The notes under the pieces are model-generated. The model worked only from the letters and a program-made list of their open reading frames with translations, made no database searches and was not told the DNA's origin. This document shows, one piece after another, positions 52,820 through 64,000 of a stretch of DNA of 64,000 nt (the first letter of the stretch is position 1; each line of letters starts with the position of its first letter). The position numbers and the translations under genes were made by a program. The stretch comes from Balanoglossus misakiensis. Lineage: Eukaryota; Animalia; Hemichordata. Location of the stretch: NCBI GenBank assembly GCA_040954595.2, contig CM082589.2, positions 4,788,213 to 4,852,212 on the forward strand. Direction: 5' to 3'.

Positions 52820-55800
52820 CTGCGCTACCACAGCACAGTTGTCCCGCTAAAAGTACATTGTAGTCCACATTTTGACACTATCCTAACTGAAACAGTAGTA
52901 ACTGGGGCAATATGATTACCTCAATGAGTATAAACAGATATCACTGAGAATGCTGGACAATTCCAGTAAACTATTGCCCTAATTACATGTGTATGTCTCT
53001 TATTCCGCTCACATTATGCGGCCTATGTTTCGTTCGGTGCGTTAAGCATTCTCGTACATCTTTGTATCCCTCAACTAAATCATGCAGTACTTACTTATCC
53101 GTGTAAAGCGTTCACTCTTGCGCAAGAATTACTCCTGCAGACACGGTGAACTCAACTCACTCATGATTCAATTTAATGCCTTACGTCATCATGTCAGCAT
53201 TAAACCATTTGTTACCTCAACCATATGCGTGTCAAGCTCAGACTGTTAGCCGAGTCACACAAGACAGCATTGTCGCGACCAGACAGTTCATTATGGTGAT
53301 TTACCCGACGCGCCCTTTTCTTCAAAAGCAGCCACATAATTATAAACGGCGGTAGTTGTTAACCGAAATAGACTCTGTAAATTCTGCCTCTCCAAACGGA
53401 GACAGCTCTCATTCGATCTCAGACGGCCCATTAGAATATGAACTAACGAGAACATATCAGATAAAAGAGTGTTTAGCTTTCATGCACCCTGTTGACATTT
53501 CCTCACAATGCAACGCGTTAGAAAACAGATAGCCTGTTCCGACATAAAGGTCGAACTCTGTGGCATTCTGACTGAAAAGATTACTTACAGTGGTTTAGGT
53601 GTCAGGAAATATCCTTTACCATTATATTAAAATTGACATTGCTAAAATACTGATCGACAGTAAGTGTTGGTGGTTTATCCAATTTTTCGGTGTCGCTACA
53701 TGTACGTGATACTCTGCCTTTTATGGTCAATAATTGAAGCAATGTGTCTTCCTCCCCCCACCCCATCCCCAAACAAAGAGCTCCGTTTCAAAGGAGATGT
53801 TTTTTACACCCGTATAAACCTTACGCGAAGCAGACTTTGCAAGTAGATTGTATTGCGCAGATCACCTGGAGCATAAACCATACTCGGTGAAAAAATATTC
53901 ATTACGATTTGTTGCCCTCAAGTTGTAAGATGAGAAGCGCGGAATCTTCTACAGGTAACCACAGAAGAGGATGATTTCTTCTCAGACTTATAAATAATTC
54001 CGTTCAAAAGTCGAACCCCAACGTGGTATTCACACAGACGCGTGTATAGTGACGCCCTTGATTCCTTAGAGGAAGACTGCAAAAACGTACAAAGCGTATT
54101 CAGCAGACTGCCATTGACGAATGTGTTGGTTTACTCATCAACATCTACCGGACGATATGATAAATCGTGTGATAGAGACAGAAGTTGTCGCGTTAGAAAA
54201 TGAGCATAGATAATCTAGCAATGACAGGCGGCCAATCCACATCAATTTGCTGCGGTTTACTTTCCGCAACGGTCAACCAAACGGAATACTGAAATGATAA
54301 CGTGCATTTTACTGTCGAAAGTTCGCTGTTCGTGATTAAAGGTGCAAAGTCCCCTGTGCAAATTTCGCTGCACTAATTGCCATGGAATTCTAACGTGGGC
54401 ATATGCTTATTACTGGCGGCTGTCATCCTCTAACTGAAGGAACATGGCTACCTTCCCCTTTCTCGGCAGAATAAATATTTCAAGTTTTCTGTACATACGT
54501 TGTACAAATAATATGATTTAAAAACTAAAAGCGACCCTTTACACTAATAATTCAAGTAATTCGGGATATTTTTGAATCTCCGATGTTTTTTCTTTCCCTT
54601 ATATCAGCGTATATATTCGACTTTGTAACGGAAATAATCGCGTGTAGGTGGAATATACCCTGGAGGCTTGCCAGACGACCACCATAGTTTATCACGTGCG
54701 TCAACCTTGTTACCGTCTAGTTATATTCGCGCTTGTCTAAATCACACGGAGCAAATAAACGATACATTAAACATGCTTGGTGCGTATTGGCTTCATTTTT
54801 ACATTCGTGTACCCTTTACTGTCGTTTTTTTATGTTGCCGCGGCTTTCTGTTTCCTATGGTTCGTCGGTAACCAGGCCCCGATAGAAGTACGCAACACTG
54901 AGCACTGAACAGATAGCCATCAAAATTAATAGTTCGACATAAAAAGTCGCTCCGCTTTCGAGAGCTCCTCGAAAATTAATTAGTTATTCGTGAAAAGTAG
55001 TTAAAGGCACCCGATTGAAAGAAACGCGCTCTCGTGCAACACGAGCCATGGTAACCCGATCAAATGAAACTTTCCTTTACTTTTTTTCCGAGTGGTGTCC
55101 ATGGCAACGATATGGCAAAGGGGGATAAATACTTCCTGCGCGAAAGTAGCACTTCATAATTCCGTGTATTTGTGGTGACGCGGGAATATTAATCAGATAC
55201 TCAGCCTGTTTAATACACATGCTGACTCCAAAAGACGTCCACTTAGTGACATTCACGACGTGATAATCACTGTAAGCGATCTCTAGTCCCGGGAGAATCC
55301 AGCACGTTCTCACAGAGCAAAATCAGGCATCCTCGACTTGCAAAGCAGATAATTTGATAATATCCTTAGGGTTGGCGTGTGATTGCGATATTTTAATTTG
55401 AGCGATAAAACTTTACGTTCAATTAGATAGTCACGATAATATAGCTTTATAATCTACGTTTAAAATATTTTGTGTGTAAAAGAGTTCCAATTCCAGTTCA
55501 ACCCTAGCAACAGTAACCATATCATACATTAGATACAGCAGCTCCATGTCTATAATGGAACTTCTTCAATGACCCATTTCATCTACTGGTATAGAGGGAA
55601 GACTCGCCAGTCCGAATCCAAACACACGGAAACCACCAAAAAAATTGTACAAAAATATCAGTTATGATTGACTCAGCCAAAAATAGAATCATTTATACTT
55701 GCCCCGTGCACTCAAGAAAAACACGTACATCTCGAACGGACAACACTATAGTAATTTCGCGCCCTCGTTTGCATGTGTATCGTATAATGACGTACTGAAA

Positions 55801-58800
55801 AGTTATTATACGATAGAATTGTAAAGGTTAGTAGGTTAGGCAGAAGGTGTGTAATCATGTGAACCGTGTAAAGTATGCCAAACTTATATTCCTGTCACAG
55901 TGATAAGATACACACTAATATGAAATTGGCTCACTTTAAACGAATATAATTTATATGATATCTCACCTTTGCATTTTTATTCGCCCGATGTGAGCTTACA
56001 TACAGGCCAGACTAACTCATACGTGTGAAATTATATCGTTGACTTCATGGTCGAACTTTTTGATACCATTATGATGCACATGCGCAATGCTATGACTTCC
56101 AAATATAGAAATAATTGGACAGAAATTTGCCACGCTTGATCTCAAAAAATTACAATATCTGCCATTGTGTGAATGCGTTTTCATTCGTACTTTGTGGTTC
56201 TACTTCGTGGTAGAATTACCTAAAGAGAAATTTATATGTGATAATAAGTGAGTTTCCATTTCGTTTCAGTAATTGCGACGATTATTTTCCCATGTTTAGC
56301 TTTTTATCATCCGAAATGCAATCCTTATCTTCAGACATTAGAAACGAAGATAGCAGGAAGGAAGCCACTCGACGCGTTTTATCGCATCGTGTCGTGCCGC
56401 GTTGGTAAAAAAAGCTCCTGTTATCCTCATGTGTTTCTGACATCAGATTATGCTCGTTCCACTCACCGCAGGCGACAAGACAGCATTATGGACCAGCGCA
56501 GCTTCGTCTATAGAATAGTTGGACACGTCACGTTCAGTGAAATTTTGAGAAGCAAAATAACGATGCATTTGACGTGAGAACGCGCAGAACGCGCTATCTG
56601 ACTAATAAGTGAGATTGAGAAAACGTGACGACAAAAAGTTATTGGGAAATGTCACTTGTAACTAGCAAGGTCGTGTGCTGTTTTCATGTTTGGACTGTGA
56701 TTTCGTTAAAGTACACGGCGACATCGCCGTGAAGGAGTGAGGAAAGGCAAACAGTAGACTCTTTGTTTGTAGCACGTAGCTGTTTCTTTCGGGAACAGAA
56801 GATCAGATGCACTTTGCACCACTTCATAATCCGAAATGTTTCTGCGACACTATTTGCGTTTTTGCGACACAGAGAATTAATCCCTTAGGGGCTTGTGTCC
56901 ACTCACACAAAGTTTATGTATAGGCGCTGAAGCTCGGCCCCATATGGGTTGCGGAGAGGTGTTATTTCCTTACACTAGCTCGGGTCTGGCCGGCAAAGCC
57001 GTCTCAAATCTGACATGTTTCAGGACCACTTGAACCGTTAACGCATAATAATTTACGCAAGTATTGGATCTGGGGCGGTTCAGAAACGTCTTAATGGTCC
57101 CTGTGTGACCGCCATATTAGTTTGTTTCCGTGGGTGTTTTTGTTATGAAAGCAAGGCACAGTATCTGGTTTTGATTGGTCTTAGCCAAAGATAGTTACTG
57201 CTGCTTCTTCGTCACTGCTAACGAGCTATTTATATTGGCAAGCCCTCTGGTTGGCTTTTGGAATATCTCAAATGCAACCTTTATTTCTGCACGTTTTTCG
57301 ACGATAGATAGCGAGTAATCCTGACCTCCCAACTTGCATCAAATATTTATGCCAATCCGAGATTTGCCTCGCCGGTAAGTTCATGACAAAATGGGTAGCA
57401 TGCGCCACACTGGCATTTCATATTTTGTTTGCTGCACAAGAGATTTACTCAAGTGTCGGCGTCAAATGGTGTGAAGATGGAGCTATTTACATAAATATTA
57501 ATTGTCGGCTGCAAACGTAGATTTATTGCAACTGTGTGCGCAACAAATGGACACTATTAACCTTTGTTCACTTGCCGTAGAAGAAGTGTCGGACAGGTAC
57601 ATGCGCCGATGTAGTAACGATGATCTGGGGCGCGTAGTAGCATTGATTTCCTTGCCTTCCCAAGGAGGGCCACTACGCCATCTGCTGGTGTCACGGATGT
57701 TATGTATGTCTGTTTTGAAGAGCTTAGCTACGTTCTCCAAGGGTTAATACCCACGCGGCCTTCTAAGAACCCACTCCAGGGAGAGACCCGCGTTGTTGTT
57801 CAATTCTCATCCATTGGTTCAGTGTACGCATTCGCTTATCTGTCGCTCGGAGATTTGTAACCAACAGTGACTGAGGTGTCAAGATGGCCTTTGTATTATT
57901 TTTATCCATTTTCGTCTGAGACAGGCAAGCGTTCCAAGTTAGCAGAATACTAATAGCACTTATATTCAAGGAAACACGCTGATCGCCTATATCACATTTG
58001 TGGAAATTTTTCCGAGAAATCCTACAAATGCCCTTAAGCCCTTGTCGGCGGTAAAGTCAGAATGTCAGACAGCGGCATGCAGCAATTCAGGTGGGAGCAT
58101 CAGGGGACTTCGTGACTATAGCATTATCTGAACCGTATATTATAGATGTTGGTTAGGTGCAAAGCTCTTTGGTTAAAACGTGTATCACAAAGATGAGACA
58201 TCTTGAAATGTATGTCAACGTGGGAAAAAGCGCATGGATTTTCTATATCATTCAACCACCTGCTAAACACACCATTCAACAGCCTCTGCCGACGTTTATG
58301 TGATGAAAAGTCGCATTTATCTTGAATTTCATTTTGGTTCTCGGGATAACTATTCAAATTATCCATAAAGGAAACCACACACCATGTAAGAATTATTTGG
58401 TAGCGACCAGCTGCGTCTTGAGAATGACCTCATTTTAAGACTCATGGCGTTATTCATATTGAAGCCGATCGACATAGTCAGCACAAGGCCGCGATGGCAC
58501 TCACGATGGTTTTGATTTGCAGGACATCAGCGCAAAAAGTGATTTGCGTCTGAAAACAGCATCATATAGTTTTCCATATATACCATAGTACCGTTCCCAG
58601 GTAAAATCGTACTCAAATTAAGATGTCTTGTTTGCGTTCTTTAAATTATGCCAGAATTAGGTCACGTGTAATTGCGAAACGGTGGGAAAATCGCCAGACT
58701 GTGCCAAATTGCTGTGAGCTAAAACAATATTTTTTTTCAAACTGGAATACATTTCAAACATTTACGAATGTCCACATAGTATAGATTCGTTCCAAAGATT

Positions 58801-61800
58801 CCCGGATGTAGCCGGCCACGTAAATGATGTGTAGACTTTCAAGAGCCGTGATGAAAACGATTCCTTGTCGTAATGACTATTGCGGTTCGAAATTGCATTC
58901 CGTTGACGTACACCGCGCTTCACGACCTTACGATTTCCCCATCACTTATACATAACGTCTGACAAATTAGTCGACAGGATGAATGATTATGTTTCATAGT
59001 CGCGTGTGAGTAGAATTGATTTTCTTTAAGAATCAAGCAAGCAAAGCGACTTGTTTTGGCCGTGAAACCCTGTAACATATCAACGTGCTGGAATGGTATG
59101 TGGGAACTTCGCTGGTGCAAGTTGAGTGTGTATCGGTGTACACAACAGAACGTTATCGTCATCGATATTGTTTGTCTTTGACAACGATGACATATCACTG
59201 TACAGGCAGTGGCCCAAATCTGTCAGTCATCTGACCGACTTTTACGGGCGCATCTCTTAAATTGAAAACAAAAGTTTCTCCAGTTTGCTCTCTGTCTAAC
59301 CCCTATCCATTATTGGATTTTATCGTGACAGGGCAAATGATGACACGCGCCGTGTTCGCCATGGCAATTGAATGCCATTATGATATTGACTTTCCAATAT
59401 CGGCGCAAAGTACCGTACCTCACAGGTAAAATGTTTGTCGGGTTTTGCTGTGATGTCATTCAGTGTGGCTGCGAAAGTTGGTCGTCTAGCTTATCTCCAA
59501 TGCCCATGTCCGAAGACGTAACTCAGACTTAGGAGAAAGAACTATACGGGCGCCATATATGCATCTATATAATACATGTACAGGGCCCGAAGTGAGTCAG
59601 TCCAGTCTTGGCATAGACAAAAACCTTACTCAGACTTGTCAGCATAATATTGCTATCGTGTTGGCGCGAGTGCAGTGCAGTGCATCCATGAGTCACGATG
59701 CATATGTGTACTCTTTAGACTCGCCCACATCATATCGTTCAGTTTAATTATTGGCTATACCATCAAGGCAGAGATAGCATCAATGATGACCTTTTCATTT
59801 CATCGGGGCTTTAAATCACACAAGGGCCGAGAAGGCATCTCGCGTGATAATCTTTGCTGTATTCATTTTGCACAACCATGTCGACAGTTGACTGTAATTT
59901 CAAAAATGTCACTAAACGTCTTGTAAGAATTCATCGTTTTTCAACCAGGACAGAGCATATAGAGTAGACGTGATGGGCAGGTGGTCTTATACCTGTGACC
60001 TTTGTCCTTCGATGGTTGTTTTCGTTCTCTCGTTCGCGATAACATTTACAATTTATTTTTTGTTAGGTTACACTGCTCAGGGCAGTACATCTAACCGTTT
60101 CTCCTATAAACCACATGTTTTTTTTCCACTATGCCAGAGGGTTTCCTCCCAATATTTGTCCAAACAACCGCGTGTGTATACCGCATGATAAACACAATTC
60201 GATTTTTGCCTTCGACGATATAAAGGTGGTGTGTACGTCTGTTCAGGCGCAGACAATCAGGAACGCAGGTTTGTCCCCAATATATCAAATCGTCGTAAAC
60301 AACTCAACGGCTTTATATTAACAAGGGAGACTGGAGCCAATTTCATTCCGAACAATCTGACTCTCTGATGTGTATTACTCCCAAGTAATAAACGAGAAGA
60401 CAGGACTACAGGTGATGACATTGTCTATAGAATTCACCTCTGATGGACCTCGTGTCAGTCACTGTTAAGGTAGATGACTAGACCCAGAGGCAGTGCGCGC
60501 ACATGCCATAGCCTTACATGTAGAATTTTGACATTTTCACAACAGGTGTCAAATGAGGAGTATTATTAAATGATGTCAAGAAACACACCGCGCTTGATTA
60601 TTTGATAGAACTGTTCGGATATTTTCACCATAAGGAAAACTATAGCATAGGGAGTGTTAGAAAAATGCTGACTCAGCATTTACCACAATCTTTGAGACCC
60701 CTAACTGAAAAAGTAGCATGGAAACACCTTCGTTTTTCTCTATATTTGATTTTATCATTCACTGATAAACAATATATATAAAAATCAGGAAAATGACAAT
60801 ATTTTAACTTGTGAGTATAGTCATCTACCTTAAGAGTCAGTTGAGTTTTTAATCTTTCCAAAAAGGTTCTTGGTGCATCTGCATGCTATCGCAGCACCAC
60901 TTGTTCTGATTCTTGACATGTAAGAGTAGGTTGAAATGCCGATCGAGTTCGCGGGAAAAGTGGTCAATCGAACCTTTCAATATAATCGTCGAAATGTCTC
61001 GTTCTTAATAATGTGATTTCAACATAATTGTCTGCAAAAGTTATAGTAAGGAATCATCAAAACCATATTCTTCCCTGTACAGTCATTCATTCGTTTTCTT
61101 GTTGTGAACGGGGGGAAAGATTAGATTGTACCCCATCGTACAAAACCAATTACAGATGAAAGCACGCCTGTTTAGCGCTGCTTTCTTCTGAAAAGTGCGA
61201 ACGATAACGTGACCGCAATTCAAACCATCCAGTTCTAATATTTCTCCACGTGAGACGAAGACTGTCGCGTGTGTTCCTCTGAACCGGTGACTTTTCAAAA
61301 TCCGACTATGGACAAAGTAATCATCGTCAATCGCATCTCAGACGAGAATGGTATTATCATCGGATTGTTCCCGTCATTCTAAGATTACCAGCATATTCTC
61401 CCCCATTTTACACACATTTTAAGCTTTCAATCAAGCAAAACGTAAAGAGCAAAGGATAACATCTGGAGAAAAAAAACGTCTTCTCATGCGTGCGAACACG
61501 TCTGGCGGATGTCTCATCCCACAGAAAGAAAGATCAATGCAGAGCGCTCAGTCTGTTCCCTATGAGCGACCGTTCAACCAGAAGCGTCGTTTGTGATGTG
61601 GAATTAAGGTAGAAGACTACACAGATGCAGGTTATCATATTCTACAGCGGCTGCTTATCTGTAGAATTTTGAGAAAACGCTGTTGCCATGGTGTCACTTT
61701 CTTGAAATTTACTCAGAAGGTGCCTTAGAGATACTAATTACACACGTGTTCAGTGTGAATAATGGCAAAACTCGTTTCATGAATTGTTCCACAATTCATT

Positions 61801-63953
61801 GTAACAGTGTACATGTTGAATTTACTTCTTTGGTCGCATGGCATCCCTTATTTTGGCCATCAGAATCAAATAATACGAATTCATCCATGTTCTTTGCTGT
61901 TTTTCCTGGAAACTTTCGTCCTATATATATAGCTAAGGAGTGCATAACAGTTTGCCCTTAGACTAAATAAAATTCTTCTGGTTACATGTACAAATCCCTA
62001 TAAATGAATGTCACCAGTTCAGGCAGTAGATTAGTACTTTTGTCAAATTCTCAAACGTTGTATTATATCCGACTTCTGTGCGTCCGTGTCGCGTATATCC
62101 TCCTAGGAGGCAATCTTGTATTCCCGCGCTTCATCTATGGTTTCTTCAACTTATTACGTGATTAATCTTAAGAGCTGTAAAATGTAACCCTCAAATGCTT
62201 CCTCGTTTGACGCATTTTCCGTGTATTACTCATTTAATCCCGTAGTAAATCACTGATTTCGTCAATTTGGTAGATTTTGACAACATAAAAAATGTATGTT
62301 GCACTCGAATGCTCCTGGTGGAGTATTAGCATGTATATGTATTCGTATTTGGTACTTACAGCAAATTGTGACGCGGCAGTGCAGTATAGACACAGTTATC
62401 AAATTCATGTAAATTAATTACCAGGAGTTGGAATTTAATCAAATATGTTTGCAGTGGGCATGTTCACAAATCATATAGCTGAAAGATCTAGACACTACGA
62501 ATTACAGTTTATGCAGTCGGCCTTTTTGCTCTTTGATTTCCTGCGTGGGGGCCGTGCATATTTAACTGTATGTTATGCATAATCAAATAATCTCAGGAAA
62601 GCGGACAGTGACCCCCTGAAAGGGCTTTGCATGCATTTAGATTGCAGAAATTGACTGCTGGTTCGTTTTTTATATAATTCGCTGGCAAATTTGAATCTTT
62701 TGGGCATGGATACATCTGGGGCGTTTGTAAACGTTATTAAGGGATTCTCCCAGCAATTTTCAAAGATCTTGCCGACATGACTAAGTAGCGTGTACATTAT
62801 TTCGATTTTTCGCTGCTGATTTTTCTTGCGTGCTCGTCCGCTCTTTTCTCGTGAACATCTCCTTGTATGATTCACACATGTACTGTACTATCTCTGATTG
62901 TTTGTGTCTAGACTATCGTGGCGTTTTCGTCTGCGAATTCTTCAAGTACTGTCAACTATACGTGTTCGCTGGCTTACATTTTGTCGTCTCATCAAAATCG
63001 ATAAATCCAGGTTTGACCATTAAGCAACGAGAGAGTTACAGACAACATGTATGATATATGAATGTTAAATTCGCAGTTAGTGACATGTTGAATTTAACGC
63101 AGCGAGAACGCTTGTCCTCGGCAGTTCTTTTGAGCTCCGTGTCTTTTGTGGAGGAATTCAAATGAACGTAACGCCAAATGGAGATGCGTGCTGGCTCTCC
63201 CTGGCAAGGAGACTGACTGCCTCCCCAATTAGGGCTGTCCTTCAAATCGTCATCCTAACTGCCGTTTCACACTTGCTACCTGTAGCGACGTCTAGGGTCA
63301 CACAGCGACTGAAAGGCGTGATAAAAACGCACGTGGTGCATGAACATGGGGTTTAATTCAAAGCGATACAAATACATGCAGCCTATATTCTATTCTGTCG
63401 ACAAAGATGAATTTGCAGACTTTCTTGCTGCGAAGTTATATCATGAAAATAGCCAACTTTCATACACACATATTCGCTAAAATTAATCATGTACATTGAT
63501 ATGCTGAAACGTACATGTTTGAGGAGAAACAGCATGCATATTGTATGTTTTTAAGAGCTGGCTGGAGCACATGCGATAGAATAATTGAGATAGGCTGAAG
63601 TAGAGTTCGACACCGAGACGCTTTGCAGTCTCTTTTGATACACGTAAGGCTGTGAGCGGACTCTGGTGTCAAGTGATAATTAGGGAAGTTTTAGAAGCAA
63701 ATCAATGCTTGGATTTGTGTTAATACACGAACGGCACAGGGGGCGTTTGATATAAGCAGTGGGCTTTGAGCACCTTAAGTTTGCGAGATTTCAAGTTGAA
63801 ATGTGGGAATCGTATAAAACAGCACGTAGGCATATAGTCAAACTATGCAAATATGCCCATCTCTCATTTATTGGATCGAACTTGCTATATTTATCATTTC
63901 TCGAAGCCATTGTCGGTCAATCTACCTGACGCATAATTTCGCATCTATACTTG

Positions 63954-63984
63954 TTTCATGCAAAGCCTGACTATATTGTTACTT
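63954..63984 (+). repeat. Possible degenerate fragment of repeat family B
   Basis: tttcatgcaaagc (13 nt) is identical to copies 1 and 2, followed by weak similarity (ctgactatattgttactt). Confidence 0.35.
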
Positions 63985-64000
63985 CGCAAGTAGTCCGTTG

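Larger units (their letters stand above)
41744..64000 (+). other. Large phase-1 intron of the GPCR (>22 kb, 3' end not in window)
   Basis: Starts GTAAGC. I found no downstream exon encoding the expected rest of TM3 (xSVxxSxxTLxxIxxDRY-like) by eye or in the ORF track; a short exon could have been missed. Confidence 0.7.

Noticed and set aside
60691-60710. tgagacccctaact resembling miR-125
   Set aside because: Seed region does not match and I see no complementary arm.
14671-61615. Scattered TTAAGG/TTAAAGG words (e.g. 14671, 29574, 54336, 61604) as transposon ends
   Set aside because: No matching partner TIR found and words this short are expected many times by chance.
1-64000. CRISPR array, rRNA, tRNA, intact transposase/RT, prokaryotic operons, and the remaining short ORFs in the track
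   Set aside because: No regularly spaced repeats, RNA-gene signatures or long ORFs. The short ORFs often rely on TTG/GTG starts and have random, Cys-rich composition typical of non-coding DNA.

Overview
AT-rich (about 40% GC by eye), CpG-retaining, intron-containing eukaryotic DNA, most likely from a marine invertebrate. One repeat terminus matches, from memory and unverified, an abundant element of the hemichordate Ptychodera flava. Only one protein-coding segment is well supported: the first coding exon (41227-41743, +) of a rhodopsin-class neuropeptide GPCR (N-terminus to mid-TM3), closest in motifs to orexin/allatotropin receptors. It is followed by an intron that runs off the window (>22 kb). 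Just upstream I read a GC-box/TATA/Inr core promoter and two non-coding exons giving a uORF-rich leader. The rest is non-coding: two multi-copy MITE-like families (one TTAA-flanked, Kolobok-like), other transposon ends, very decayed LINE-like remnants, microsatellites, and a strong excess of the palindrome TACATGTA (at least 34 copies against about 2 expected). Nearly all ORFs in the supplied track look spurious. I see no rRNA, tRNA, CRISPR or prokaryote-type system, and nothing I can claim as a proven new biological system; the best leads are listed as findings.
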